Below, piece after piece: positions 37,650 through 49,390 of a stretch of 64,000 bases of DNA; position 1 is the first letter of the stretch, and each line of letters opens with the position of its first letter. Source of the stretch: Selaginella moellendorffii (taxonomy: Eukaryota > Plantae > Lycopodiophyta); the NCBI RefSeq assembly GCF_000143415.4, contig NW_003314283.1, positions 1,142,364 through 1,206,363 of the forward strand, written 5' to 3'. Below the pieces are notes generated by a model, which saw only the letters and a list, made by a program, of their open reading frames with translations, did not search any database and was not told where the DNA came from. The translations under genes and the position numbers were made by a program.

Positions 37650-38326
37650 TCAGTAGTAGTCCGTCTGCCTTTGTGCTACTTCGCTCTGCAAAATTCGTTA
37701 TTCGTTTGATCGACTGGAAACAAAGTATCGATTTTTCTTTCACAAACCTCGAATGCTCTCTTGAGATGCTCCAGCTCCTTGTCCAGGTCGCTGAGGGCCA
37801 GGTTGTACGCTTGAATCGGTGACGACTGGCTGGTGGTTTGCACCTATGGATCGATCAAAGTTTCATCCATCAGTGCTTAGAAGAAAACATGATGGAAAAA
37901 AGAGAAGCTTTCACCTTGACAATGATCTTGTATTGCAATGGATGTGGTAGCTTGTATCCAGCAAACAAAACATTGGGATCGCGGTGTAGCTGCCTGAAAG
38001 CCAAAGAAAAAAAAAGAAGAATCACTCCAGGAAGCTAAACAAAAGAGAGGATTTGATTTTCTAGCTTACATGCGGACAACGTTTCCAACAGTGTGATCTT
38101 CTCGCTGAATGGTGAAAGCGCCGGCATTCATTACCTTCATATCCCTCTCATACGCAACCCTACGCGCGATCAAGAGAAAAAAGAAAAATAAGAGAAAGGA
38201 CTTTTGAGCAGCCACGGCACTGGAAATCATCGCGCGCGCGGGCGCCCGCAATGCCGTAACATCCACAACTTACTTCTTGGTGCCCTCGGGAACGACGAAG
38301 CGCTCATAGCGATCCGGCGCGTTCAT
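37650..38326 (-). CDS. NRPB11: RNA polymerase II/IV/V subunit 11 (5 exons)
   Basis: [52 protein letters not shown], last exon [11 protein letters not shown]. Confidence 0.95.
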
Positions 38327-38854
38327 GGCGTCAAAAGAGAAGAAAGAAGAAAAACCCAACTTTAGGGTTTATGGGTTCCCTCGCTTCGGGGGTTCGAATC
38401 CTTTTCATCGCGATTTCCTCGCGCAAAATGCATGACACCACGAAAATCTCCACCACCGATTCCTTGCCGGCACCGAAATCGTGAAACCCAAACATCGATC
38501 GATCGAAAGAGCTGCCCAAGAACCCTAAAATCACAGCACACGCGTTCTTGGATCTCCCCTGTTTCTATTCTTTCAAAAGTAGGTACCAGCACTGTAAGTA
38601 CACTACATTGCTTTGGAAAATAAAGAGAGAAAAAAAAACCACAGTGATTCTTTCCTTGCTCGTCCTTTACATTGTGTTCTTTGGATCGGTCGATCGCTCC
38701 CTGTTTCGTTCTTGGCCCTCTCTCTCGATCGATCGATCGATCCAGAGGAGAAGAAGAAGAGTGTTGCTAGGAATTGTGATGAATCAAATCAAAACCACCA
38801 AAGCCCAGCCATGGATCATGCTCGCGGGCGCGCGCGCGCGAGACAGAGAGAGGC

Positions 38855-40333
38855 TCAGTGCCGCGTTGGAACGAACGCGAGGTGCTGGAGATGGTGGTGG
38901 TGGTGGTGGTGGTGTTGATGCGGGTGGATCGATCCACCGCCAAAGAAATCGTGCTGCTGGTGATGGCGCTGGAGCTGCGATGCTCGCGGATCAAACAATC
39001 CAAATTTCCCGGCCGCCAGCGCCGCCGCCACCGCGGTGGGCGACGATCCGGAGGAGCAAGACGAGAGCGGCGGCGAGGAGGCCGCCGCCGCCGCTACTCC
39101 CGCCGCCAGCGGCGATCCAGCGCCGCCACCGCTAGCGGCGGCGGCAGCGGCCGCCATGTAGCGCTGGACCTCCTTGGCTACCATGTCCTTCATCATCCCC
39201 AAGAGCCCATTGTTGCCACCATTGCCAGGAGGAGGAGAAGGAGCTCCTCCATCCAATCCTCCATCCAATCGCCCTTGCCGGGGCTGGAAGATCGGCGCGA
39301 GCGCTTGCGCCACCGCCGCCCGGATCGCGGCGCTCATCAATTCCACCGCGTCCTCGGCCCGGACGTAGCCGCTGGGCACGAACGCCGGGGCGGCATTCTG
39401 GAAGGAGGAAGGAGGAGGAGTGCTTGGCGGCGGCGGCGGAGGAGGAGCTGGAGCTCCAGGCTTGCTCGATTCCATGGTCGCCGCTGGGATTTGCCCCGGG
39501 AGAGAAAGGCTGAGCGATGTGAGTGGATCCGCCGCGCCGCCGGTGTTGGAGCTGGATTCCTCGCATGGATTGTAGCTGGCAAACGCGGACGCGCGGGGCA
39601 GGGGCTTGAAGATCCCATTGGCGGCAGCGGCGGCGGTGGTGGTGGTGGTGGCGGCGGTGGCGGTGGTGGTGGTGCTCGTGGTCGTGTTCTTGGGCGACAG
39701 CGCGTCCCCAAAATTCATCCTTTTCAAGCTCCGCGAATCCACCTCCCAATTGCTGCCATCCTCGTCGTCGTTGGACATGTCATTGCTGCTGCGCTTGAAG
39801 CTCGAGATCTCCTCCTCGTCGCTGTTCTTGACGAACTGGTGGATCTGGTGGTGCTGGCGATGATTGGCGTTCTCGTGCTCCATGCCGGCGGTGGCGGTGG
39901 CGGTAGCGTGGCTCTTCTCGCCACCGCTACCACCGCCACTGGCACAGCAGCGCCGCCGGAGAGTGGAGTTCCAGTGGTTCTTGATCGCGTTGTCTGTTCT
40001 TCCGGGCAAGAGGCGCGCGATGGTCGCCCACTTGTTCCCGTGCTGCGAATGCGCCTTGATGATGGTGGCGTCCTCGGCGGCGGTGAAGGGGCGGTGCTCC
40101 ACCTGGGGGCTCAGCTGGTTGCACCACCGCAGCCGGCACGATTTGCCCGATCGCCCAGCAATCCCCTTGCTGATGAGCGACCAATTCCTCGCGCCATACT
40201 TGTCCACCAGCTTCTGGAGCGCCGCGTCCTCCTCGGGGCTCCACGGCCCCTTGATCCTGTCCAGCTCCTCCGCCGATGCTCCGCCACTCCCACCACCGCT
40301 CTTGCCAAGCGCCATCGTGCACATCGCTCGCAT
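38855..40333 (-). CDS. Intronless R2R3-MYB, subgroup-22-like (MYB44/73/77 clade)
   Basis: [12 protein letters not shown]...[33 protein letters not shown]; S22 motifs [11 protein letters not shown] and MM.DMV.KEVQRYM. Confidence 0.94.
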   Translation of the reverse strand: MRAMCTMALGKSGGGSGGASAEELDRIKGPWSPEEDAALQKLVDKYGARNWSLISKGIAGRSGKSCRLRWCNQLSPQVEHRPFTAAEDATIIKAHSQHGNKWATIARLLPGRTDNAIKNHWNSTLRRRCCASGGGSGGEKSHATATATAGMEHENANHRQHHQIHQFVKNSDEEEISSFKRSSNDMSNDDEDGSNWEVDSRSLKRMNFGDALSPKNTTTSTTTTATAATTTTTAAAAANGIFKPLPRASAFASYNPCEESSSNTGGAADPLTSLSLSLPGQIPAATMESSKPGAPAPPPPPPPSTPPPSSFQNAAPAFVPSGYVRAEDAVELMSAAIRAAVAQALAPIFQPRQGRLDGGLDGGAPSPPPGNGGNNGLLGMMKDMVAKEVQRYMAAAAAAASGGGAGSPLAAGVAAAAASSPPLSSCSSGSSPTAVAAALAAGKFGLFDPRASQLQRHHQQHDFFGGGSIHPHQHHHHHHHHLQHLAFVPTRH

Positions 40334-42464
40334 CTACGCAAATCTCCCCCGAAATACCGCTCGATTCAGCCGATGCGCGCCAAGAATCCCAGGATTCTTG
40401 CCCAGAACAATGGCGCCATTGATCGAATCGATCCGATCGAGCTGGAATCGTCGCTTGGATCGAGAGAGGAGAAGAGAGAAGAGGAGCGCTGCCCAAAAAC
40501 CCTAAACTCAAGAACAAAAAGAGTGAAGCTCAAGGCACACACACACACCCTCTCTCTCTCGCCCCTACATATGGCCACAACGGCCAATGGCCATGGCCAT
40601 AATAACCATAACGCAAACTCTAACCACCACTCCACATCATGCCATACATGCCATGGTCCCCCATGGCATCAGCAACCATGACGTCAGGCGCCCTCCATTT
40701 GCATACGCATACACAGTACTGCTGACTGGGCGCACGCGGCCGTACGCAGCCGCCAGAGCCCTACGTGTTGACGTGTCGCGCAGAGGCTGGAGAGGAATCG
40801 CCCGCTTGTGGCCCATGGCCACTCCCCTGTACGGCTCGGCCCACCAAACGGATAAGACCGGCCAGGGGTTAACGTCGGAAAACAGGCCCCAATTTTCCCG
40901 GCCGGCGAACTTGTCGCTTGGCCGCCAGCCGAGCCGGCTGCAGCCAATGCAGCCTGGATCGGCCGGTCGGCCGGTCGGGGGTGCCGGCAAAATTTCCCGG
41001 CCGCCGGGAACTTGATTTTTACTACTAACCTTCTATTTCTCTTTTCTCCCTTTTTTGTAACAACGGAACAATACAAATAACCGCTGTGCCACCCAGAGAT
41101 GGGCTTCTTCTTGCTTTTGTTTGCCAATCATGAGCCTAGCTTCCGGAGACATCCTCCCACGCCATCAACATGTTGGAGATGGGTGACAAGGGAACCAAAT
41201 GTAGGGCCGCCTCCTTTTCCTTTCGCGCTGGGGCCTCCCCTTTCCTCTTTCCTCCTGTGAGTGACAAAAACCACCACCACCACCACCACCACCAGACCTA
41301 GTGCCAAAACAAAGCCTCGCAAAAAACAATGCCCAAGATACCCCTGGCAAAGCAAGACCCCACGGCCAATCCCAATTTGCCCAGTTAGGGCAAAAGTATA
41401 TTTGTTTATGGTTTCTCGGTTAAAGCCACTCCAGCCATGTTTGACAGAGACATGGATGCATCGAATGGGAAGAAAACCCTATTCTCTTTCACAACACACA
41501 CTCCATCACCTCATTATCATAAGGAATCCTTCAACTCCACACTCTTCTCCAGAAGTAGTATTCAGTGAAAGAGCATCAAAAAGTTACCACCACCGGGATC
41601 GTGGCATCTGTCTGTACTGTGGCTGTACACATACATGATAGACCAGTAGTGTATAAACGAATCAATCTTATATTTATACCACTCGCGCCTTAAGATATGT
41701 GCCTACGTACCCCAGCTTTTGCCCAACCAAGCCAAAAGATTCCTGCCCCTCATTCATTTCGATCATTTTCAAGGGCTTTTCTTTTTCGCTCTCGCATCGC
41801 TTAGAGGGACCTGACCGGACCCGGTCAAAATATCAATCTAGAAGGCAAAAAAACTGTATCGCCTTTAGCTGCTCTGCTCCCTAGGAATGATGCAATCCAT
41901 CTTTAATCGCCCAGAATCTTTTTTTAATTCCCTAAAGCTTTCCTCCACTTCGAAAGCCAAACCATGTTCCAATGTACAAACTATACAAAATCGTGAGATT
42001 AATTTCGTGACCCCGGCTTTAGTTTACGTGCAAGTTGCGCTACAAGCCAGCAATCATATCGCCGCTCTTTACTGGGATCCAGTAAGACAGGCTCGTGATT
42101 AGCGAGCGAGCGAGCGAGCGAGGGGATCAAAGGGAATCTTTTTTCTTTGTTTCACCGGTCAGTTCTTCGCTAGTGGTGTTAGGTCAATCAAGTGGTAAGA
42201 CACCAAGCTGGCTCTAGCTTGCAATGCAAGCGAGGAAACAAAACAAAATGCCCCCTGCGACCTTGGGATCCAAACTCAAGCCATACAAAGCATATAAAAT
42301 AAGGTGGTAACACGTGCAATGGCGATCGGGCATTTGCATGGCGCCCTAATTTGCAAACTCCAACAAGAGAAGAGAAAAATTTTGCCCGGTGCTCGCGCTG
42401 TGTCCGGCAGAATCAGACACAACCCACAAATGGTTAAAACTTAAAAGCAGCCCTAAAAAGCAAC

Positions 42465-42720
42465 AGATTTAACGGCAAGCCGGTTAGCGATTTAACGTGC
42501 TAAAACGGTTTTTAAAACCGGGCGCCGGTTTTAACGGGCACAACTGGGGCCGGTCCAGCTAGAAATGCGGCCGCCCACGTGTCTAAATTGCCAGCCTGTG
42601 CGGCAGTTCACGTGAATAAAAAGTTAAATGCGCCACGCGTCCGGCCAACGGACGCTCCAGATGTGGAGAGCTAGCGGCACGTGGGCCGTTGGATCTGGGA
42701 GACAGCCTGGCCGTTAGAAG
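42465..42720. promoter_or_regulatory. Cluster of AACGG/AACTG (MYB-core, MSA-like) elements and G-boxes
   Basis: About eight AACNG cores in ~250 bp on both strands, including TCCAACGGCC and TCTAACGGCC, plus CACGTG x3. Confidence 0.5.
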
Positions 42721-45700
42721 TGGGTGGTTTCGCTTTTTTTTTTTTTCTTTTTATCGCTTTCCACATGCCAGAAATGCGTTGACTGCGCCACTGACCGTGG
42801 ACCTGCCCCAACTACTTCGCCTTTGGGGATTAAAAAACCAGTAGAAATGATTTTTTTCGGCCAGTCCGTGTACGGCGGAATGGGACATGCGTACGGCAAC
42901 AAACGGGCCATAGTCCAATGGAACTTGGGTAACTTGGAACTCTGGAACTCCTGGCTGGCTCTGGATGTATGGGCCCTAGATTTTAAAACCACCTTTCGCG
43001 CGGTTTTAAAAAATTTATTTTGTCTCCCGATCTGATCTGCCAGATCCAAACCCAGTCGCTCCATCTCTCTCGAATTCTTGTTTTTCGACCAGGTGCACAC
43101 TTGTCTGGTGTTTGTCTCCGCGAATTATCGAGGAAAGGGGAGAAAAGGGCTGGGCGAGCGCTTAAAGAAACGCTTCCCAGCAGCCCATTCCATCCACGGG
43201 AGGAACAGATCCCGGTAAGCATCAACTTACGTGTGTAGGAAAACGATCGATCGCGGGATCGATCTGGACAAAAATGGACGCCAAACCGAGACAAAGAGAG
43301 AGAGAGTAAGAGGAGAAAAAATAGAGGCCAATGCATACAATGCAGTGTTAGACTCACTAACTTACGTGGGGGAGATTTTTGTAGCTTTGTTATGGTCTTG
43401 GAGGTTGTTACTTGCAACAACTTTACTCGACCAGGAAAAAATTTTCGTTTGTGTCGGCCACCATCTCTCCTCGTATGTTGAAACAAATCTTTGGCGTGTT
43501 ATAGGGTTCCACCACCACCTTTTCTTCCTTTCTAAAAACCCTAAAAGAGCGCATGCCCATTTTGTCGCCAAACATCACATTCACGTTTTATCCTTGCAGA
43601 TCCGCCCAGATCGCGGAATCAATGGTTGGTTGGGTGGGCCAGAGAGGCATAAGCGCAAGCCTCAAGCCCTAGCATTTCGCGGAAGCTTCCTCCGCGTGGA
43701 TCCAAGCTGGCGCTGACTTGACTTGACTGGCCTTGACGCCGCTGCCCGTCCAGGAACAGTGGACTGGTGGACTGGACCACAAACCTTTTCCTTATTTCTT
43801 GCTCCTCTCTCCGCGTAGCAGGGCTGTGGAGTAGCCAAAGAAAGTTATAGAGGTAGCGTCGTAGCTGCCAAGGGATGGAATGAAATCCAGTGGCAGTATC
43901 AGAAAAAGACGGTGGCGGGCGGGCGGGCGGGCAGTTGGTGGGTGGCGGTGACGTGCTCGTCCGCCCATTCCTTTGTGTGTGGGATGAGGTAAGATTTTGC
44001 GCATAAGGTGCGTGACGTCCACCTGTCTGTCCGTTTGATGCGATCCCCCTCGTCCGGCCGCCATAATTGAAGGACGGACGGATGGATCGATACAACAATG
44101 TTACAATAGCAACAGAAAAAAAAAAGAGGAAAGGAAAAAGAGAGAAAATAAAGTGAAAAAAAAGAAGTTGTGTTGATGAATTGAATCGAATTGAAGTGAT
44201 GTAAGTTTTCCACAAGTTGATTGATTGATCGATTGCCTTCAACGACCAGGACAGCATGAGGCAACTTATAAACTTTCAGACAGGTGCAAATTTTTTTTTC
44301 AAAAGCTTAAAACCGGTGGAATGTTCCCATGGGATATGCTCGCAACAGGGCATGGGCATGGCCCATTGCCCATGATTGCTATGCCTATGATGTCAGCATG
44401 CATGACGTCATGTCATCCCGGCCATGGATGAGGACAATGCCATGCATAGAGGATAACAACACTGCATGGTGGCGTGGCGTGTTTCTGTCCAGTGATTGAA
44501 AATACACCCAGGCAGTAAATGTGTGTGTGACTTCTCCAGCTAATCAACAGCTGGGGTCCGTTAGTTCTTCTATATATTTTTCTACCGGCAAGTTAGTTTA
44601 ACCTTCTACTTGGGTAAACCTTGTTTGTTTGTTTTGAAAAAAGCTCGCACGTCCGCGTCCGCGTGATTTAAGAATCGAATCGCTTGGCTTAGAAAATCTA
44701 GACATTGACTGATTATTTCTTAGCCCAAACACACAAGAGGCATGAAATGAAACTTGGTGGTGGAGGCCCCATTCTAATGTGAGGGGCAAAGGGGACATTC
44801 GAGCCATTGTTAAATTGGTCAGCTCACACGTCCAAAGCTCGCCACCTTTCTTTTTTACAAGGCTAGGGCTCCTCCTGTTAGTTTAAACCCCCGCATTTAA
44901 GCGAGTGTCGGTTGGGGAGCCAGTTGACAAAACAGAAAACCGAAAAAAGTGCGGGCGGGAAGGATGATGGGAAGTTTCGGTGCCTTTAAAATGTCTTCTT
45001 TTTTATCTTTTATACAAGGGCGTGTCACTTTCGTGATGAGAAACCAAGAGGGGGAGAAGTTCTTTGTCCAAATCTCACAGGCATCTTGATGACGTCCAAC
45101 TATCATATCGATATCCCAACGCTCTTTAGCTGCGCGATTTCTTTCGTGGCGCTCTATCTTCTGGGATGAGATGAGATGATCCTTCCAATCTCCTCCTATA
45201 ATTACGGCGATGTGAATATGGTCGTCAATCACGGCGCGAGAAATATCAACGATCCAGCTTGTCCCAGCCAAGATCAAGGGACCAAGGATTGAATGCTCGC
45301 CCCGGTCCAAATCACAATGAAAGTAAAGGGAAGGGGGAACGCCCTAGAAGAGTGCAAACAAAGGCGATTCGATGCTGATCTTGGAAGTTGACATGACTGG
45401 AAAGCTCCACACACACGAATTTGTAGCGGGCGAGGATCGAACCCACGACTTCTTTCTTGCGAGTGGTGTTAGGCGGGACACCTGGATAGGAAAACAGTTA
45501 AATTACCAACCCGACAGGCGACCAGACGCGGCTGCGAGACAGCCGTCCGATGGCTCCCTGTTAACGGTGGCAGTTAGATGTCTTTGCACGCAATTGACAA
45601 CCAGATAAAGCCCGTACCGCGAATATCCCGCGAAGATATCGCGGACAACTGTGTCTAACTGCCGGCTATCTAGGAGCATCCAACGGCCTCAGCGCCACCA

Positions 45701-45816
45701 CGCTTAAACAGAAGATCCGCTCCTACAATGGTGGTCAATAGCTTTGGTCAATGGTCATATATGGTCATATACAATGTAAAGTTAAAGAAGCGCCATTTTC
45801 ACTCAAAACCCTAGGG

Positions 45817-48310
45817 ATGGGGTTTCTCTACGCCTACGCGCTCGTCTTCTATGCGCTGTTCGTCTGGCGCTCGATCGATCTCTCCTCAGGTATATGCGAT
45901 GAACGCGATCGATCCAAGCTCACAGATTTCGGGAAATGCGAGGGCAGGGAAGGAGGCTTGGGGTCTGCGGGGATTGAGAAGGGGCTGGATTTTGGAGCGC
46001 AATGTGGTAATCCAGAGTCTTTCCCCTTTTCGCGTTGTTCTTGCTGAAATCTTCTTGCTATAGGATCTGTCTGATGCGCAATGGCGGAATTTTCGAGCAA
46101 ATCTCCCAGCCCTGACGATCGTCCTGGGAGGTTTCACGGTTTTAAGCTTGATCCTTACGCATGGTTTGAGGTTTGGAGGCAAAGGAATGTCGCGCTATTG
46201 GCTTGTAGTTTCGACCATCTTTCTGGCGTACATGCACGAATGCTGGTGAGTTTTTTGGTTCCTTCTCTTTGTCTCTCTTTTCTTATGAGCTTTCGAATGC
46301 CAGTATTGTATTTATAGTTGCTATAGCGGCTGGAAACTTCGCCCTCACAAAGGTCGTTTATTGCTCTTTTTCTTCGATCTTTTTTTCTCAAAGGTTGTGA
46401 TCTCGTTTGTGCTAGATTGCAGGTGGAAGGTCCTTCTTTCCGATTCTTCTTTGGAGCTACAACTTGGCATTTCTCATACTAAATAGAGTCTACGAGGGCT
46501 ACTCCTTTACGTCTCTTGGGTATGTTAGTGCTCGTTTTTCCTTGACTTGAATTTATCATTTCTTGCATAGAGAGGCTTTTGCAAGGCTTGACAAACATCG
46601 GGGTGCAATGCGGTGGCATATCAGTTTCAATTTTGGTATGAGAAGAGTTTCTTTTTTCCCTTCTATTTTTTTTATTCTAAATTCTCTATTTTAGTTATGC
46701 TACGAATGGTGAGCTTTGGCCTAGATTACCATTGGACTCGTTGTTGTCGACCGTCGGCTATTAATTGGGAGGTTTGTTTGCTCCTTGTTTGGGTTTCCTC
46801 TTCTCATGTTGTAAAACTTTTTAGAAGCACAACGCTACTTGCAGTGAGTGCCAAACTGGTAACCCGTGCTACCTCTCGCGTCAGGTAATGTTTTTGATGC
46901 AGCTTTTGAGCCAGCACTACTTACTGTAGCTTTAGGAGAAAGTCTTACCGGCAAATGCCTATGGCTTGACAGCGTACTTCAGCTATTTGTTCTATGCACC
47001 GCTCTACATCGCTGGCCCGGTTGTTAGCTTCAACTCGTTTTCTTCACAGGCAAGTTCTTTTCGCCCTTTGAGTTTTGATGTTTAAAGATCTCTAATGCAG
47101 ATTGAGAATCCGCGGATAGGCTACAAGCAGGCTGGTGCCTACGGTATCAGGTGGCTTGCTTGCCTGCTACTTATGGAACTTATGACACACTATTTTTACT
47201 ATAACGCATTTGCTACGAGCAGGGTTTGGCCAAAGCTGTCACCCGTGCAAATCTTTATCGTTGGCTATGGAGTAAGTGCGAGCAGTTTTTGTACGTTGTT
47301 GAGTAACTTTTGTTCTTTTTGCAGGTGCTCAACTTCATGTGGCTAAAGTTTCTTTTGATCTGGAGGTTCTTCCGATTCTGGGCCCTGGTATGACGTACTT
47401 TCTCGCTTGTGATGTGTTTTTAAGCTCTTTGATAGATGTCCGGTGTAGAGTCACCCGAAAACATGCTACGCTGTGTGAACAACTGCTATGACCTAGAGGG
47501 GTTTTGGAAGAGCTGGCATGCATCTTACAATCGCTGGCTCGTAAGGTGTGAAATTTGTCGTGCTTTCCCTTTCAAAACATCCTCGTAAACTTCTTTTCTT
47601 TTTGTTGAAGATATATTTACATTCCTCTTGGCGGCTCTAGATGGAAACTTCTCAACGTATGGATTATCTTCACGTTTGTTGCATTGTGGCACGACTTAGA
47701 ATGGTAAGTAACAACCGAACTCTTTATCCTCATTAACGCTTGCTAACTTGTCGATACTACAGGAAACTTCTCTCCTGGGCCTGGATGACGTGTTTACTCT
47801 GGTTGCCAGAAGGCTTGATGAAGCTTTCTCTTCGCTTGAAACAGGTATCTTGTTTTTATTTCCGTTTTAGCGTGACACGAGTTTTTTAGATGCAAAAACT
47901 GCAAAAGAATTCGCCAGCGTTATTCACTGAAGGCTGTGCCATTGCCAGTGCCCTCAACATAACCGGCTTGATGGTATGAATCACTTTAGATTCATAGTTC
48001 TTACTAGTGCTGAGACTGGCAGATGGCAAACCTCATCGGATTCGTTGTTGGCCCGGCGGGATTTAAAGAGCTCATTAGTAAGCTCTTTGTGAAGCAAAGT
48101 ATGCTCTCTCTATTTTCCTGTTTTTGGAATGGTTTTAACGAGACTGTTTTGCAGATGCTTGGCTTTGTCTCGGGATTTTCTTCTCTTTCTACGTGGGTGC
48201 CAAGGTGAGGATTGGAACGTTTTTTCTTCCTTTTCTCTTATTCTTCATGCATTGTGCAGCTTATGTTTCGAGTGAGGGAGGCCGAGGCTTATAAAGATAA
48301 AAAACGGTGA
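45817..48310 (+). CDS. MBOAT O-acyltransferase, GUP1/HHAT-like, multi-exon
   Basis: [63 protein letters not shown], catalytic FVALWHDL. Confidence 0.92.
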
Positions 48311-48809
48311 CTATTTCGCTTTATCCTTTATCTAGACAACGCTTGGTTCGGGATAAACTTTCGAGCCAAGACGAAAAATGTTTCACCCCTCTGTATTCTC
48401 GACGGGAACCATCTGGAATATATGCCTTTTACATTTTTTTCGTTCGTATTTCAGTCAGATTATCAACCAACGCAAGCTGTTCAGTTACTTCTAACTTTCA
48501 TGCAAGCAAATGCAGCAGCAAGTTCTTCACAGCCTGTCAATCAATGGACTTGTGAGTTTGCTTTCGATTTAGTTCTTAAGTCCTTGACAAAAATTTCTTT
48601 TTTCACAGGTGTTGAATTTGATGCATCGATTCTGGGCCCTGGTATGTGTAGCCTACTTTCTAGCTTCTGATGCGTTAAGTGCGGCATTGGTGTGTGTTGC
48701 GTGAACAACTGCTGCCAGTTTCAGCTCGTCAGGCATGAACTTTTATCACTTGCGATGCAACGCTATCACGAGTGGCTGTTGGTTGTAGATCTTTCGGCTG
48801 CTCTCAATA

Positions 48810-49390
48810 GAAACACGTTAACGTGTGGATGATTCTTTCGCATTGCGTCACGACTTGGAATGGTAAGTGAGAGCCAGACTCTTGCGTTCCTATCCAAGCT
48901 TGCTAACTTGTAAACACGACAGGACAGGTCGTGTCTACTCTGGTTGCCAGAAGGCTTTGATGAAGCAAGCTTGTTGGCTTCAAACAGGTAGCCTTTTTTC
49001 TTGCTCATAGTTTGACACACTTTGCAGATACAAAGTCTGCAAAAGTAGTGTGAATCACTTTCACTGATGGCCTTATCGGTTCTCGTTGTTGGCTCAGCGG
49101 GATCCAAAGCGACTCTCTTTCTGAGACAAACGTGCTCTTATTCTATCTCTCTGTTATTTAGTTTTGCTTGCTGGTTTACTGTTTTTTTTTCCTTTTTGGT
49201 CATCTCAAGCAAGACCGCGCTTTGTCCCGGTATTATTTCTCTCTTTCTACGTGGGAGCCAAGGTGACCATTCCTTTTCTAGCAGATGATATTTCTTTGTT
49301 CGCTCTTGGAATAACATTTGACGCATTGTCCAGCTTATGTTTCGAGTCAGGGAAGCCAAATGTCATAACGATAAAAAGTGGCGACTGCGG
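48810..49390 (+). pseudogene. Decayed tandem duplicate of the MBOAT 3' exons and introns
   Basis: Colinear matches to ~47645-48310 (CACGACTTGGAATGGTAAGT, ACTCTGGTTGCCAGAAGGCTT, TCTACGTGGGAGCCAAGGTGA, CAGCTTATGTTTCGAGT) with deletions. Confidence 0.85.

Noticed and set aside
38858-40681. 607-aa ORF antisense to the S22 MYB
   Set aside because: Shadow ORF of a GC-rich, triplet-repeat-rich coding strand with no domain; the same applies to shadow ORFs over the GT29, LRR-RLK and NF-YB genes.
45423-45480. Minus-strand T-arm/B-box (GTGGGTTCGATCCTCGC)
   Set aside because: No acceptor-stem partner, D arm or A box; at most a tRNA or SINE relic.
48400-48720. Exon-like fragments (YQPTQAVQLLLTFMQ...)
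   Set aside because: No recognisable family or complete gene structure.
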